Assembly (NCBI GenBank): GCA_001029775.1
Contig: CP011215.1
Coordinates: 32,148-96,147, forward strand
DNA length: 64,000 bases
Reading direction: 5' to 3'
Origin: Candidatus Campbellbacteria bacterium GW2011_OD1_34_28
GTDB taxonomy: Bacteria; Patescibacteriota; Minisyncoccia; Phycocordibacterales; UBA12079
Shown: piece after piece, positions 1 to 8,599 of the stretch
Layout of the letters: each line of letters opens with the position of its first letter
How positions within the stretch are numbered: the stretch's first letter is position 1
Program-made: the position numbers and the translations under genes
The notes under the pieces: generated by a model
Database searches by the model: none
Told to the model about the DNA's origin: nothing
What the model saw: only the letters and a program-made list of their open reading frames with translations

Positions 1-738
1 AGTTTTTCCAACAGGAACAAAAGCAATTCTTTCACTTCCCTTCAACTTCAAATCAAAAGAAAATGTGTTCTTTGAAGAAAGGGCACCAGAGGGAACATTG
101 ACACTAAGACCAGAGGAACTTTTACCAAGACCTTCCATCGTAACTCTCTTTGCCTCAATTTCTCCGTTAGGATATATGCTTCCGCCAATATCTCTAATAA
201 CATCATCTGTTTTTATTCCAGAAATAAATTGAAGCTTTTGATTATTTAGATTGAAATCGGTTCTCTCTTCCAACCCTCTGATGTCTGGAATACCAATAGA
301 GATAAAAGCATTATTCCAATGTATAGATTGCAAACCGATACCCAAAGAAATAAAATCTGGTTTTTCAAAATCACCAGAAAAAGAAATGTTTGAAGAATAA
401 ACAACCGCATCATAAATTCCACGAGATCTTAATTCGGGAGAAATAGTTGTTTCAATATTTAAATGCTCTGGGAGAAAATGCGCATAGGCTGTTTCTTTAA
501 TTTGTTTTCCATCGACTGTTTTGTATGAATCATAAGGGACCGTCAAAATAGGTCCGGCTATAATTTGCTCGTTTCCCCATTTTGATGTTATATCCTGAAT
601 AGCAAATTGACGGTTATTTTCTCTGTCATATATAACAGATTTAATCATTCCGACAGGGATAAGTAATAAAAGAGCAAGAATTGCAACAAAAACAGCTTTA
701 AGAGTTGTGCTTTGTAATATTTTTTGTATTTTATTCAT
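1..738 (-). CDS. creD: Inner membrane protein CreD (runs off the window start, 3' part missing)
   Basis: Manual translation from ATG at 738: MNKIQKILQSTTLKAVFVAILALLLLIPVGMIKSVIYDRENNRQFAIQDITSKWGNEQIIAGPILTVPY, matching the CreD N-terminus (LLLIP...I.ER...WG..Q...GP.L.VPY). Not in the ORF track. Confidence 0.85.
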   Translation of the reverse strand, partial: MNKIQKILQSTTLKAVFVAILALLLLIPVGMIKSVIYDRENNRQFAIQDITSKWGNEQIIAGPILTVPYDSYKTVDGKQIKETAYAHFLPEHLNIETTISPELRSRGIYDAVVYSSNISFSGDFEKPDFISLGIGLQSIHWNNAFISIGIPDIRGLEERTDFNLNNQKLQFISGIKTDDVIRDIGGSIYPNGEIEAKRVTMEGLGKSSSGLSVNVPSGALSSKNTFSFDLKLKGSERIAFVPVGKT

Positions 739-747
739 AATGCCATT

Positions 748-1341
748 TTACCACTTATTCAAGATTTTGAAATCTTTTAACAATGTTTCTCTCATTCCTC
801 CGTTATATAAAGCTACGGCCGGATGATATAAAGGTATTATTTTCACTTTGCCGTATGAAAAATCTATTTCATAAGATTTTCCGTGTGCTTTGCTAATCGG
901 TTCAATCTGATTTTCCAAACCAAAATGTCGCATCACATATTCAAAAGAAAACCTGCCGAGTGTTGCAATTATTTTTGGCTGGATTATCTCAATTTGTCTA
1001 TCTAAAAAAGGACCGTACAATTTTATTTCTTCTCGAGATGGATCACGGTTGTCCTCGGGTCTATCTTTCACAATATTGGTTATATAAACATTTTCTCTTT
1101 TTAGATTCACAGAAACAAACATACTGTCTAGAAATTTTCCTGATGCACCACAAAAAGGTTTGCCTGTCTGAGCTTCTTTTTTTCCAGGAGCTTCTCCGAT
1201 AAACATAATTTTTGAATTTAAACTCCCTTCCCCAACAACCGGAAAAAACTTGTTTTCAGTGCGATATTTATACAAAGGAGATTGCTTGAAATCGCTTAAT
1301 TCCTTTTCAATTTTTTTCATCAATTTTGCCTTGTCTTGCAT
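748..1341 (-). CDS. Uracil-DNA glycosylase, family 4
   Basis: Motifs FIGEAPG..E...G.PF.G.SG, YITNIVKDRP..NRDP and LYHPA. Confidence 0.92.
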   Translation of the reverse strand: MQDKAKLMKKIEKELSDFKQSPLYKYRTENKFFPVVGEGSLNSKIMFIGEAPGKKEAQTGKPFCGASGKFLDSMFVSVNLKRENVYITNIVKDRPEDNRDPSREEIKLYGPFLDRQIEIIQPKIIATLGRFSFEYVMRHFGLENQIEPISKAHGKSYEIDFSYGKVKIIPLYHPAVALYNGGMRETLLKDFKILNKW

Positions 1342-1439
1342 AAAAAGAATTTTATCATATTTTTGTAGCTTCCTGTTTTGATTTGTGATATAAATTTATC
1401 AGAAATGAATCTTTTAAAAAACCTTAACAAGGAGATTTT

Positions 1440-2147
1440 ATGTCCGTCCTAACTTGTATGATTCTCTCTGGCGAACTCTGTAGCTCTGATATCACAAAAG
1501 CAATTGAGTTAAGCAATTACGACAGAGAAGCAATCACTGCTGGACTGAAAACAAACAAACTATCAACCAGACAAATGCTAAAAATTTTGAAAGGGGTCGA
1601 AGAACGAGTCTTTCAGGGGAAAGATGATGTTTCCTCAAAAATTGTGGAAAAAATCAGTTTTAAGGGACTTTCGTGGGAGAAAAAAATCGGAATGATACCT
1701 GAACATAAACACAACATTCCACTCACCTGCAGAATAGTTAAATCAATTTTTTGGAAAAACCTTAGTCAAAAAAATTTGGAGAAAGCCGTCAGACTATCTG
1801 AATACAACCACTTCGTCCTAATTGCCGCAATAGAAACGGGCAATCTTACAAATCAGACAAAATTTGAGGCGATTAAAAAAGTCTCTGGTAATGGCAAAGA
1901 TCGCCCACGCATTGCTGATACAGTTATTCGGATGAACCACTGGGGGGAAATGAGTGTGATTGATTGCTGTATGGCGATAACATTAAGTGGAGGAAACAGA
2001 AAAATCGCCGAATCAGTCAGAGATCACATAGATCTCACAAGAATGTCTCTAGAAACTATTCTCAAAGTAATAGAGCTCTCCGGCAGACATATAGTGATTA
2101 TGAATGCTGTTGGAGAGGAGTTGAAAAGAAGAAATCTGAGAAAGTAA
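1440..2147 (+). CDS. Hypothetical alpha-helical repeat protein
   Basis: 235-aa ORF with AAGGAG RBS, its own 3' hairpin and internal repeats (KAIELS, KAVRLS, MAITLS, KVIELS). Confidence 0.7.
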   Translation: MSVLTCMILSGELCSSDITKAIELSNYDREAITAGLKTNKLSTRQMLKILKGVEERVFQGKDDVSSKIVEKISFKGLSWEKKIGMIPEHKHNIPLTCRIVKSIFWKNLSQKNLEKAVRLSEYNHFVLIAAIETGNLTNQTKFEAIKKVSGNGKDRPRIADTVIRMNHWGEMSVIDCCMAITLSGGNRKIAESVRDHIDLTRMSLETILKVIELSGRHIVIMNAVGEELKRRNLRK

Positions 2148-2154
2148 TTTTATT

Positions 2155-2194
2155 TAAGCCGGAAAAACTTTGTACACAAAGTTTTTCCGGCTTA
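2155..2194 (+). terminator. Intrinsic terminator-like hairpin
   Basis: TAAGCCGGAAAAACTTTGT-AC-ACAAAGTTTTTCCGGCTTA followed by a T-rich tract. Confidence 0.75.
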
Positions 2195-2248
2195 TTTTAT
2201 TTGAGTTTTTATTGTTTCTATGTTATAAATAGTACCTAAGTTTAATAG

Positions 2249-2764
2249 ATGTCACAAAAAACTCACACAAGAATAAATGAAGCTATCAGGGCCCGCGAGG
2301 TTAGGGTTATTGCCGAGAACGGTGATAATTTGGGTGTCATTACAACAAAAGAAGCTATTCAAAAAGCTCAGGAGGTTGGATTAGACTTGATCGAGATTTC
2401 ACCAAACAGCAATCCTCCCATTGCAAAGATAATGGATTATGGTAAATTTCAATACGAACAAAACAAGAAAGCTAAAGTTGCAAAAGCGAAAGCTCATGTA
2501 ACAGAAACAAAAGTAATTCAAATAAAGATAGGAACAAGCGAACACGATTTAAATTTGAAAGCAAAAAACATATCCAAATGGCTGAAAGAAGGAAATAGAA
2601 TAAAATTGGATCTATTCTTGATGGGAAGAACAAAATATATGGATATGCAGTTTCTAAAAGGAAGATTGGAAAGAATTTTAAATCTGATAACCGAGGAATA
2701 CAAGGTAGCAGATGAGCCAAAAAAAGGGCCAAAGGGATTAACCATGACCCTGGAAAGAAAATAA
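2249..2764 (+). CDS. infC: Translation initiation factor IF-3
   Basis: RINEAIRAREVRVI, LDLIEISPN..PPIAKIMDYGKFQYE; upstream of L35/L20. Confidence 0.96.
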   Translation: MSQKTHTRINEAIRAREVRVIAENGDNLGVITTKEAIQKAQEVGLDLIEISPNSNPPIAKIMDYGKFQYEQNKKAKVAKAKAHVTETKVIQIKIGTSEHDLNLKAKNISKWLKEGNRIKLDLFLMGRTKYMDMQFLKGRLERILNLITEEYKVADEPKKGPKGLTMTLERK

Positions 2765-2786
2765 ATAAACTTAGATTTAAGTGGAC

Positions 2787-2815
2787 TTGAAAAAATATAG
2801 ATATTAATGTAATAT
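2787..2815 (+). promoter_or_regulatory. Putative sigma70 promoter for rpmI-rplT
   Basis: TTGAAA-N17-TAATAT in the infC-rpmI spacer. The AT-rich background limits certainty. Confidence 0.4.
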
Positions 2816-2889
2816 AGTGAGGTCTAAAATATCTGCGTTGATCTGCGTAACATTCGCATCGATTTACGCTTTATTTTTTAAATAAAGCT

Positions 2890-3069
2890 ATGAAAACAAA
2901 CAAATCATACAAAAAAAGAATAAAAGTAAGTAAAAACGGAAAACTTGTTACAAGAAAGATAGGACAAGGTCACTTCAACGCGAAAGCATCTGGAACAAAA
3001 AATCTTAAAAAGAGACGCACGTCATCAATCACAATGACAAACAAATCAAAAGCAAGATTTTTAAGCTAA
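2890..3069 (+). CDS. rpmI: 50S ribosomal protein L35
   Basis: Manual translation MKTNKSYKKRIKVSKNGKLVTRKIGQGHFNAKASGTKNLKKRR... (59 aa) between infC and rplT; below the ORF-track length cut-off. Confidence 0.93.
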   Translation: MKTNKSYKKRIKVSKNGKLVTRKIGQGHFNAKASGTKNLKKRRTSSITMTNKSKARFLS

Positions 3070-3101
3070 AAACTAATTTACTAAAAACTAACAACTAGAA
3101 T

Positions 3102-3482
3102 ATGACAAGAGTAAAAAGAGGAACAACCTCGCTAAAAAGAAGAAAGAAAGTTTTGAAACTAGCAAAAGGATTCAGAAATGCTAGATCAACAAAAGAGAGA
3201 CAGGCTCACGAGGCTTTGATGCATGCAGGAGTTCACGCCTTTGCTCACAGAAGAGACAAGAAAAATGACTTTAGAAGATTGTGGCAAACAAAGATGAACG
3301 CAGGACTAAGAGCAATCGGATTTACATACAGCAAATTCACAGGCGAACTAAATAAAAAAGGAATCGCTTTGAACAGAAAAATGTTGGCAGAAATTGCAGA
3401 AAAACATCCAGAAACATTGGAAAGAATTGTAAAACAAGTTACATCCGCAACACCTACAACAAAAGCTACTGTTACAGAATAA
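3102..3482 (+). CDS. rplT: 50S ribosomal protein L20
   Basis: MTRVKRG...KKVLKLAKGF, RRDKKNDFRRLW, LNRKMLAEIA. Confidence 0.97.
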   Translation: MTRVKRGTTSLKRRKKVLKLAKGFRNARSTKERQAHEALMHAGVHAFAHRRDKKNDFRRLWQTKMNAGLRAIGFTYSKFTGELNKKGIALNRKMLAEIAEKHPETLERIVKQVTSATPTTKATVTE

Positions 3483-3493
3483 TAACCAAAAAC

Positions 3494-3520
3494 AAAAAAT
3501 CTCCTTGCGGAGATTTTTTT
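3494..3520. terminator. Bidirectional terminator between convergent genes
   Basis: AAAAAATCTCC-TTGC-GGAGATTTTTTT. Confidence 0.75.
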
Positions 3521-3599
3521 GTTTATAAGTTTTATGATTTAAGATTTAGAATTTATAAATTTTTTCTTTATAAACTTTCTACTTTATAAACTTTATTAA

Positions 3600-4232
3600 C
3601 TACAAAATTCTATCCTGACAATATGTCCCATTAAATCCATCAGAATTTTTATAAGCTCTCACAATTCCCTCTTTGTCTTTCTTTACCAATTCCAAAACTC
3701 TTTCAACCAATTTTTTTGGATCAGAATCAAAAACAATTTGATCATTTTTTCTATTGCTTCTCTCAATAATTGTTTTAATTGTTTCGTCCATCAGCCAATC
3801 TCCTTCTAAAATGCCAATTGGCTTTCCATCTTCATAGGCCACAGTGAATTCGTGAATTGTGCCAATTCTTCCGCAACCAATAAAAACCGCGTCAGATGCT
3901 CTGGTCAAAAACAAATCTCTTCCTGGGTATCCAAAACCGGTGTAAACCATCAAATCCATATAATCAACAGGTAATCTGTAAATATTTCTGTGCTCATACT
4001 CACTAGATGCAGGAGAAAATCCTATAGAGATTCCCCCTTCTTCTTTACATCCTTTCGCTGCTTGCAAAGGAAATCCTGTTGTCGCACCGGTCACAAGAAT
4101 TGCGCCTTGTTTGGCAATCTCTCTCCCAAGTTCTTCTGCTAAATCAAAAGATGCTGCTCCACAATGACTTGTTTCAGCCGCTCCTGATACGCACAACTTT
4201 GGTTTAAAATTTCCGTCTTCTTTTATATTCAT
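3600..4232 (-). CDS. LOG/SLOG-family Rossmann-fold nucleotide-binding protein (TIGR00725-like)
   Basis: AEELGREIAK.G..LVTGATTG, GG.SIGFSP, RD....ASDA...G.G.IGT.HE...AY..GKPI. Confidence 0.8.
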   Translation of the reverse strand: MNIKEDGNFKPKLCVSGAAETSHCGAASFDLAEELGREIAKQGAILVTGATTGFPLQAAKGCKEEGGISIGFSPASSEYEHRNIYRLPVDYMDLMVYTGFGYPGRDLFLTRASDAVFIGCGRIGTIHEFTVAYEDGKPIGILEGDWLMDETIKTIIERSNRKNDQIVFDSDPKKLVERVLELVKKDKEGIVRAYKNSDGFNGTYCQDRIL

Positions 4233-4299
4233 AAATTAATTTAAAATTACTATTACTTATATAATAACAAATTTTTTAGAAAAAATTATACAAAAATGT

Positions 4300-4746
4300 T
4301 TACAAACTATTTTTATTAATTTTTTCCAAGTCTTTTCTATAAAATTTTGAAACAACAACAAAAGCCATAATAGCTCCTATCATATCCATCAACAAATCCA
4401 ACAATGTGTCGTCTATATAATTGTTAGAAAAATCAACCTCTATTATAAATTCAAAAATCTCCCAACCAAGACCGATTAAAATACCGGAAAATAAAGAAAT
4501 AAAAAACATTTTTCTTTTATTAACAGTACCTTCTTTTGTAAAAATACTTTTACCACCTTTTTTTGAAAAACCAGAAGAGTAATAAAACCACAAAGCTGAA
4601 AGTCCTACCCAAAGACCGCCAAGAAAATGCATCATTATATCAAACCACCAAATCCTCCAATAAAAATAATAGTTCACCGCCAACTCATTTAGTGCGGCAA
4701 TAAACAAAATCAATATAAATGTAAAAATAAAAAGTTCTTTTCTCAT
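4300..4746 (-). CDS. Hypothetical four-TM membrane protein
   Basis: WFDIMMHFLGG, IGLGWEIFEF and DTLLDLLMDMIGA motifs. Start moved to MRKELF at 4746 because the longer ORF overlaps a structured RNA. Confidence 0.75.
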   Translation of the reverse strand: MRKELFIFTFILILFIAALNELAVNYYFYWRIWWFDIMMHFLGGLWVGLSALWFYYSSGFSKKGGKSIFTKEGTVNKRKMFFISLFSGILIGLGWEIFEFIIEVDFSNNYIDDTLLDLLMDMIGAIMAFVVVSKFYRKDLEKINKNSL

Positions 4747-4759
4747 TGTCTCTAAATAA

Positions 4760-4795
4760 GAAAACCCGCTCCTCGATTTGAGAGAGCTGGTTTTC
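4760..4795 (-). terminator. Terminator hairpin after the putative 6S RNA
   Basis: Minus strand GAAAACCAGCTCTCTC-AAATC-GAGGAGCGGGTTTTC, followed by TTATTT. Confidence 0.6.
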
Positions 4796-4800
4796 GCCTG

Positions 4801-4928
4801 GGCCACCTGAGGCATTATCCCTAGTATATAACTAGAGTGGGTATGCTCTGGGTACTGCACCAAGGTGCAATATCCACACGAGCCCCCTCATAATGCTTTA
4901 GTAGGAAAAATACTCTGCAGGTGACCTT
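4801..4928 (-). ncRNA. ssrS: Probable 6S RNA (short form)
   Basis: GC-rich island folding into a rod: closing stem GGTCACCTG/CAGGTGGCC, inner stem, central A/U-rich bubble (CTAAAGCATTAT opposite TAGTTATATAC), terminal stem TATTGCAC/GTGCAGTA. Upstream TTGCAA-N18-TAATAT and a downstream terminator. Confidence 0.6.
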
Positions 4929-5064
4929 CTAATATTATTACATCTTAAAAAAAACTTGCAATAACAATATTGCAAGTTTTTTTATTTTTTTATTACTCCT
5001 TAAAAAAGCTTTATTATTCAAGGGTTCCGTCTATGTTTACATCGTAAAGAATTTGTTCTTGAAA

Positions 5065-5643
5065 TTAAATTCTTGTTCTATAATGTATTTTTTCTTCAGG
5101 TCTTTCATAAGAATGAATTTCATCTGGACTAAACCAAAAATCAATTTCTTTTTGTGCTTCAGTCGGGTTATCAGTTGCATGAATTATTGTTAGATTTGGT
5201 CTATTTGATTTATTCGCAAGTTCAAATGTGTCATGTGAATAGTCCCCTCTGATTGTTCCAGGAGCCGCTTCGTCAATATTTGTAGGACCTGTTAATCTTT
5301 TTACTGTCATAACAGCGTTATGTCCTTCAAGAACTACAGCGATAATCGGTGAAATTTGCATATCGTGAATCAAACCTTCAACAATATTTTTTCCTACGGG
5401 AATAGGGTCTGCATCTTCTGGCATTCCCAATTTTTTCTTATAAAGCTCTCCCTTTTCTCTAAACCATTTTTCATCTTTTTCGTAATGTTTTTCAAGAACC
5501 TCTCTAGAAGCCTGAATCATTTTAATTGCAGAGATTTTCAAACCAACCCTTTCAAATCTTTGAATAATTTCTCCAACAATACCTCTGGCGATAACATCTG
5601 GTTTTAATAAAACCAAAGTCTTTTCTTTTGTTAAGTGTTTCAT
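5065..5643 (-). CDS. ndk: Nucleoside diphosphate kinase
   Basis: EKTLVLLKPD, GEIIQRFERVGLKI, GPTN...A.PGTIRGDY, IIHATD. Confidence 0.95.
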   Translation of the reverse strand: MKHLTKEKTLVLLKPDVIARGIVGEIIQRFERVGLKISAIKMIQASREVLEKHYEKDEKWFREKGELYKKKLGMPEDADPIPVGKNIVEGLIHDMQISPIIAVVLEGHNAVMTVKRLTGPTNIDEAAPGTIRGDYSHDTFELANKSNRPNLTIIHATDNPTEAQKEIDFWFSPDEIHSYERPEEKIHYRTRI

Positions 5644-5723
5644 TTTTGTTTTAATTTAACTAATAAATAAAATTTAATACCCCCAATCTTACCACAATAG
5701 GTCCATTTTTCAAAAAATTGTGG

Positions 5724-5895
5724 GTTGCTTCACTTCGTTCGCAAAGACGGATTTTGCGAAGCAAAATCCGTCACCCTCGTCGTCTTCGCGAGGCGAAGCC
5801 GAAGCGATCCACGTCGTTTTTTTTTGGATTCCTGCCTGTCGTGTTGTTGCTTTTCTTTCAGAAAAGAGGCGGGGCAAATTTCCCGCCTAAATCCT
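5724..5895. repeat. REP/RPE-like palindromic composite element, copy 1
   Basis: Inverted units TTGCTTCACTTCGTTCGCAAAGAC and GTCTTCGCGAGGCGAAGCCGAAGCGATCCA around hairpin GACGGATTTTGC-GAA-GCAAAATCCGTC. Shares the tail AAATTTCCCGCCTAAAT with 18697-18872. Confidence 0.85.
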
Positions 5896-5907
5896 AAACC
5901 CTCTTAA

Positions 5908-6603
5908 TTATTTCTGCATCGTAACCACCCAAAATTTTCTTTTGAAAACCCTTCCGTTCACAGTAGAATAACTCTCTGTTTTTTTCATATCCAATATTTT
6001 AAAATATTTTGAATATATTTCTATAAAATTATCTTTTGAAAAAACTCTTTCTATCAAACCTGTTTCTGGCATTATATAAGTATCTTTTTCTCTAGCTGAG
6101 TTGTTTTTCAAAAGAAATTGAGCATTTTTATCTCCATCTTTACACAAAGCTCTCACAAAAAATATTCCGTCTTTTCTCAAAACACGATTTACTTCTGACA
6201 GATAAATTTCTCTTTCTGCTTCATCCAAAGAGTTAGAACTTGTGATATCAATAACCAGATCAAAATATTCATTTTCAAACGAATATTTTTCTCCAATACT
6301 TTGCTTTATATATTTAGCACCAAGATTTCCAGCTCTTGTTTTTGCTGTATCAATCGCAGTTTGAGAGATTTCCATACCAAAAACATCCGCCTGTTTTTCG
6401 GCTAAATAATTTGCATTTCTCCCAGTCCCCGATCCTAAATCCAAAACCCTTAACCCCTCAAAACTTACAGGGACTCGGTCCCTGTAAGTTTTGAGGTATG
6501 TTTTATACCATTTTAAAAATTTCAAAAAAACAGACTGCGGTTTGTCGTGTCCTGTTACCAATTTTGGATTTCTGTATTCTTTTTCCCAAATATCTTTTTG
6601 CAT
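5908..6603 (-). CDS. Class I SAM-dependent methyltransferase
   Basis: VLDLGSGTGRN motif I, FDLVID, EVNRVLRKDG. Confidence 0.9.
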   Translation of the reverse strand: MQKDIWEKEYRNPKLVTGHDKPQSVFLKFLKWYKTYLKTYRDRVPVSFEGLRVLDLGSGTGRNANYLAEKQADVFGMEISQTAIDTAKTRAGNLGAKYIKQSIGEKYSFENEYFDLVIDITSSNSLDEAEREIYLSEVNRVLRKDGIFFVRALCKDGDKNAQFLLKNNSAREKDTYIMPETGLIERVFSKDNFIEIYSKYFKILDMKKTESYSTVNGRVFKRKFWVVTMQK

Positions 6604-6617
6604 AAAATAAATATACC

Positions 6618-6715
6618 AATATACGAATTATGCGAATAAAACGAATAAATACAAATATTAGGAATCGTTATTTGTAACGATTTGTATAATTCGTATCATT
6701 CGTATATTAGTATGT
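6618..6715. repeat. Short-period (TACGAAT-like) imperfect inverted repeat
   Basis: TACGAATT/TGCGAAT/AACGAAT/TACAAAT arm facing an ATTTGTA/ATTTGTA/ATTCGTA/ATTCGTA arm. Confidence 0.6.
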
Positions 6716-6720
6716 TTATC

Positions 6721-7485
6721 TTAAATTTTTGTCAGAATTTCGGGGTCACCATCTGTGATTAAAATAGTGTGCTCAAAATGTGCACTTCTACTGCCATCCG
6801 CAGTTCTAAAAGTATATCCATCTTTATCTAAAACAACATGTTTCTTTCCTTCATTCAACATCGGTTCAAGAGCGAGAACCATTCCCTTTTGCAATTTTGT
6901 CCCTTGTCCTTTCTTGCCAACATTTGCTATGTATGGCTCTTCATGGACATTTTTTCCAACGCCGTGTCCACCCAACTCATCTATTACACCAAATTTAAAA
7001 GGTTTAACAAAATTTTCAATAGCATATCCAATATCGCCTGTCTTGTTTCCTGCCCTAGCCTGTTTAATTCCTTCATACAAAGACTGTTTTGTTACCTCAA
7101 TCAATTTTTTTGCTTCTTTATCTATTTCTCCCACTCCAACCGTCATTGCCATATCGGTAACTAATCCGTTGTGAACAAGCCCTAAATCAATTCCCACAAT
7201 ATCACCTTCTTGTAACACCTTTTCATTACCCGATGAAATGCCGTGCACGACTTCATCGTTTACTGACACACACAAAGTAGCAGGATATGGAAATCTGGCC
7301 CCTTCCGGTTTGTAATGCAAAAAAGCAGGCTTGTCACCGCCTTCTCTAATCAACTGTTCGGCATAATCGTTTAAATCATTAATTACCGCCCCCGGAATAA
7401 CCTTTTTTGCTGTTTCATTCAAAATAAAGGCAAGTCTCTTGCCTCCTTCTCGTAATATATTTATTTCACTTTCTGTATATATCAT
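6721..7485 (-). CDS. map: Methionine aminopeptidase type I
   Basis: CVSVNDEVVHG, GDIVGIDLG, GHGVG..VHEEP, ALEPM, SAHFEHT. Start placed at MIYTESE. Confidence 0.96.
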   Translation of the reverse strand: MIYTESEINILREGGKRLAFILNETAKKVIPGAVINDLNDYAEQLIREGGDKPAFLHYKPEGARFPYPATLCVSVNDEVVHGISSGNEKVLQEGDIVGIDLGLVHNGLVTDMAMTVGVGEIDKEAKKLIEVTKQSLYEGIKQARAGNKTGDIGYAIENFVKPFKFGVIDELGGHGVGKNVHEEPYIANVGKKGQGTKLQKGMVLALEPMLNEGKKHVVLDKDGYTFRTADGSRSAHFEHTILITDGDPEILTKI

Positions 7486-7539
7486 TATTTTGAGTATACA
7501 AGTAAAAAAGTCTTGAAACAAGACTTTTTTAAACAACAA

Positions 7540-7660
7540 ACTACAATCACCAAATCACAAACAAATTCAAAATAACAAATACGAAATCCGAGACAAGTGT
7601 TTATTATTTTGAAATTAAAATTTGTAATTTGTTTAGAATTTAAAGTTTAAAAAATCTGAT
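7540..7660. repeat. Short-period AT-rich imperfect inverted repeat (CAAAT/ATTTG units)
   Basis: CAAATCACAAACAAATTCAAAATAACAAAT arm versus TTTGAAATT..ATTTGTAATTTGTTTAGAATTT arm. Confidence 0.55.
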
Positions 7661-7661
7661 T

Positions 7662-8255
7662 TTACAATCCGATTTTTTCAATCATTTCTTGATAAACTTG
7701 CTCTATCGTTTGTTCCCCATTTACCTCGACAAATTTATATGTTGAATTATTTTTTAAATATTCAATTGCTGGCAAAACATCTCTATCAAACCAATCCAAT
7801 CTTTTCTTTACCTGTTCCTCATCGTCATCATGTCTTCCCCTGCCCAACAATCTTGCTGTTGACCATTCACGAGAAACATTCATATATACAACAGTTGGAT
7901 CTTCTCTTTTATAAAATCTGATTGCAGAATCGAGTACTTCAGCTTCGTTCAAACGACGAGGTGTCCCGTCCAGAATAAGATGTTCACTGCCTTTCATTTC
8001 CTCAATCAGATCTTTTCCCCAAAGATACACAACCAAAAATTCTGGCTGTAATTCTCCTTTTTCAACAATTTCTCTTGAAAGTCTATTTGAATAACTATCA
8101 TTTTCCCAAAATTTTCTTAAAACATTACCTGTACTAATATAATTGATCCCGATTTCAGGATTTTTTTCTTGTAATTTTTTTGATAACAAATCAATCTGTG
8201 TTCCTTTTCCACAACCAGACCGACCGATAAAAATGTAGGTTTTTTGTGCAGACAT
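7662..8255 (-). CDS. adk: Adenylate kinase-family NMP kinase (short LID)
   Basis: GRSGCGKGTQ P-loop, ISTGNVLR, LILDGTPR, RGRHDD. Start placed at MSAQK; the upstream ORF extension is repeat-derived. Confidence 0.85.
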   Translation of the reverse strand: MSAQKTYIFIGRSGCGKGTQIDLLSKKLQEKNPEIGINYISTGNVLRKFWENDSYSNRLSREIVEKGELQPEFLVVYLWGKDLIEEMKGSEHLILDGTPRRLNEAEVLDSAIRFYKREDPTVVYMNVSREWSTARLLGRGRHDDDEEQVKKRLDWFDRDVLPAIEYLKNNSTYKFVEVNGEQTIEQVYQEMIEKIGL

Positions 8256-8309
8256 ACTAATATACAAATTATACGAATAATACTCTGAATTATACTTGAT
8301 TTTCTGAAG

Positions 8310-8580
8310 CCCTGCCTCTTCTCTTCCAGGAAAGAGGCAGGGATTCACGAAGTTATTTTGGATTGCTTTGTCGTTTCGTTTCACTCCACTCCTCACAAAG
8401 ACGACGAAGTTGTCGTCTTTGTGAGGAGCTTGCGACGAAGCAATCCACGCCGTCCGTTCGTCGTTCTGGATCGCTTCGCTACCGCTCGCGAAGACGAAGT
8501 TTTGCTCCACAAAACTTCGTGACGAATTTCCGCAGGAAATTCGTCTTTGCGAGCGAAGCGAAGCAATCCACGTCGTTCAT
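8310..8580. repeat. REP/RPE-like palindromic array, copy 2
   Basis: Alternating TGGATTGCTT...CAAAGAC and GTCTTTG...GAAGCAATCCA units with GACGAA..TTCGT hairpins and a CCTGCCTCTT..AAGAGGCAGG hairpin. Confidence 0.85.
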
Positions 8581-8599
8581 TTGTCTTCGTTACTATCGA

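Noticed and set aside
2820-2889. Canonical L20 leader RNA
   Set aside because: I could not identify the expected structure by eye; kept only as a low-interest repeat observation.
4747-4863. N-terminal extension of the membrane protein
   Set aside because: It overlaps the structured RNA and its terminator; ATG at 4746 is the more plausible start.
5725-5907. Short ORFs over repeats (also 8363-8605, 18634-18882, 41178-41427)
   Set aside because: These are translations of GC-rich palindromic elements with no independent coding signal.
8256-8510. 85-aa N-terminal extension of the adenylate kinase
   Set aside because: It is read through the palindromic array; the kinase fold starts at MSAQK (8255).
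8310-8580. CRISPR array interpretation of the palindromic arrays (also 5724, 18697, 41236)
   Set aside because: The units alternate in orientation, are degenerate and irregularly spaced, the spacers are themselves hairpins, and there are no cas genes.
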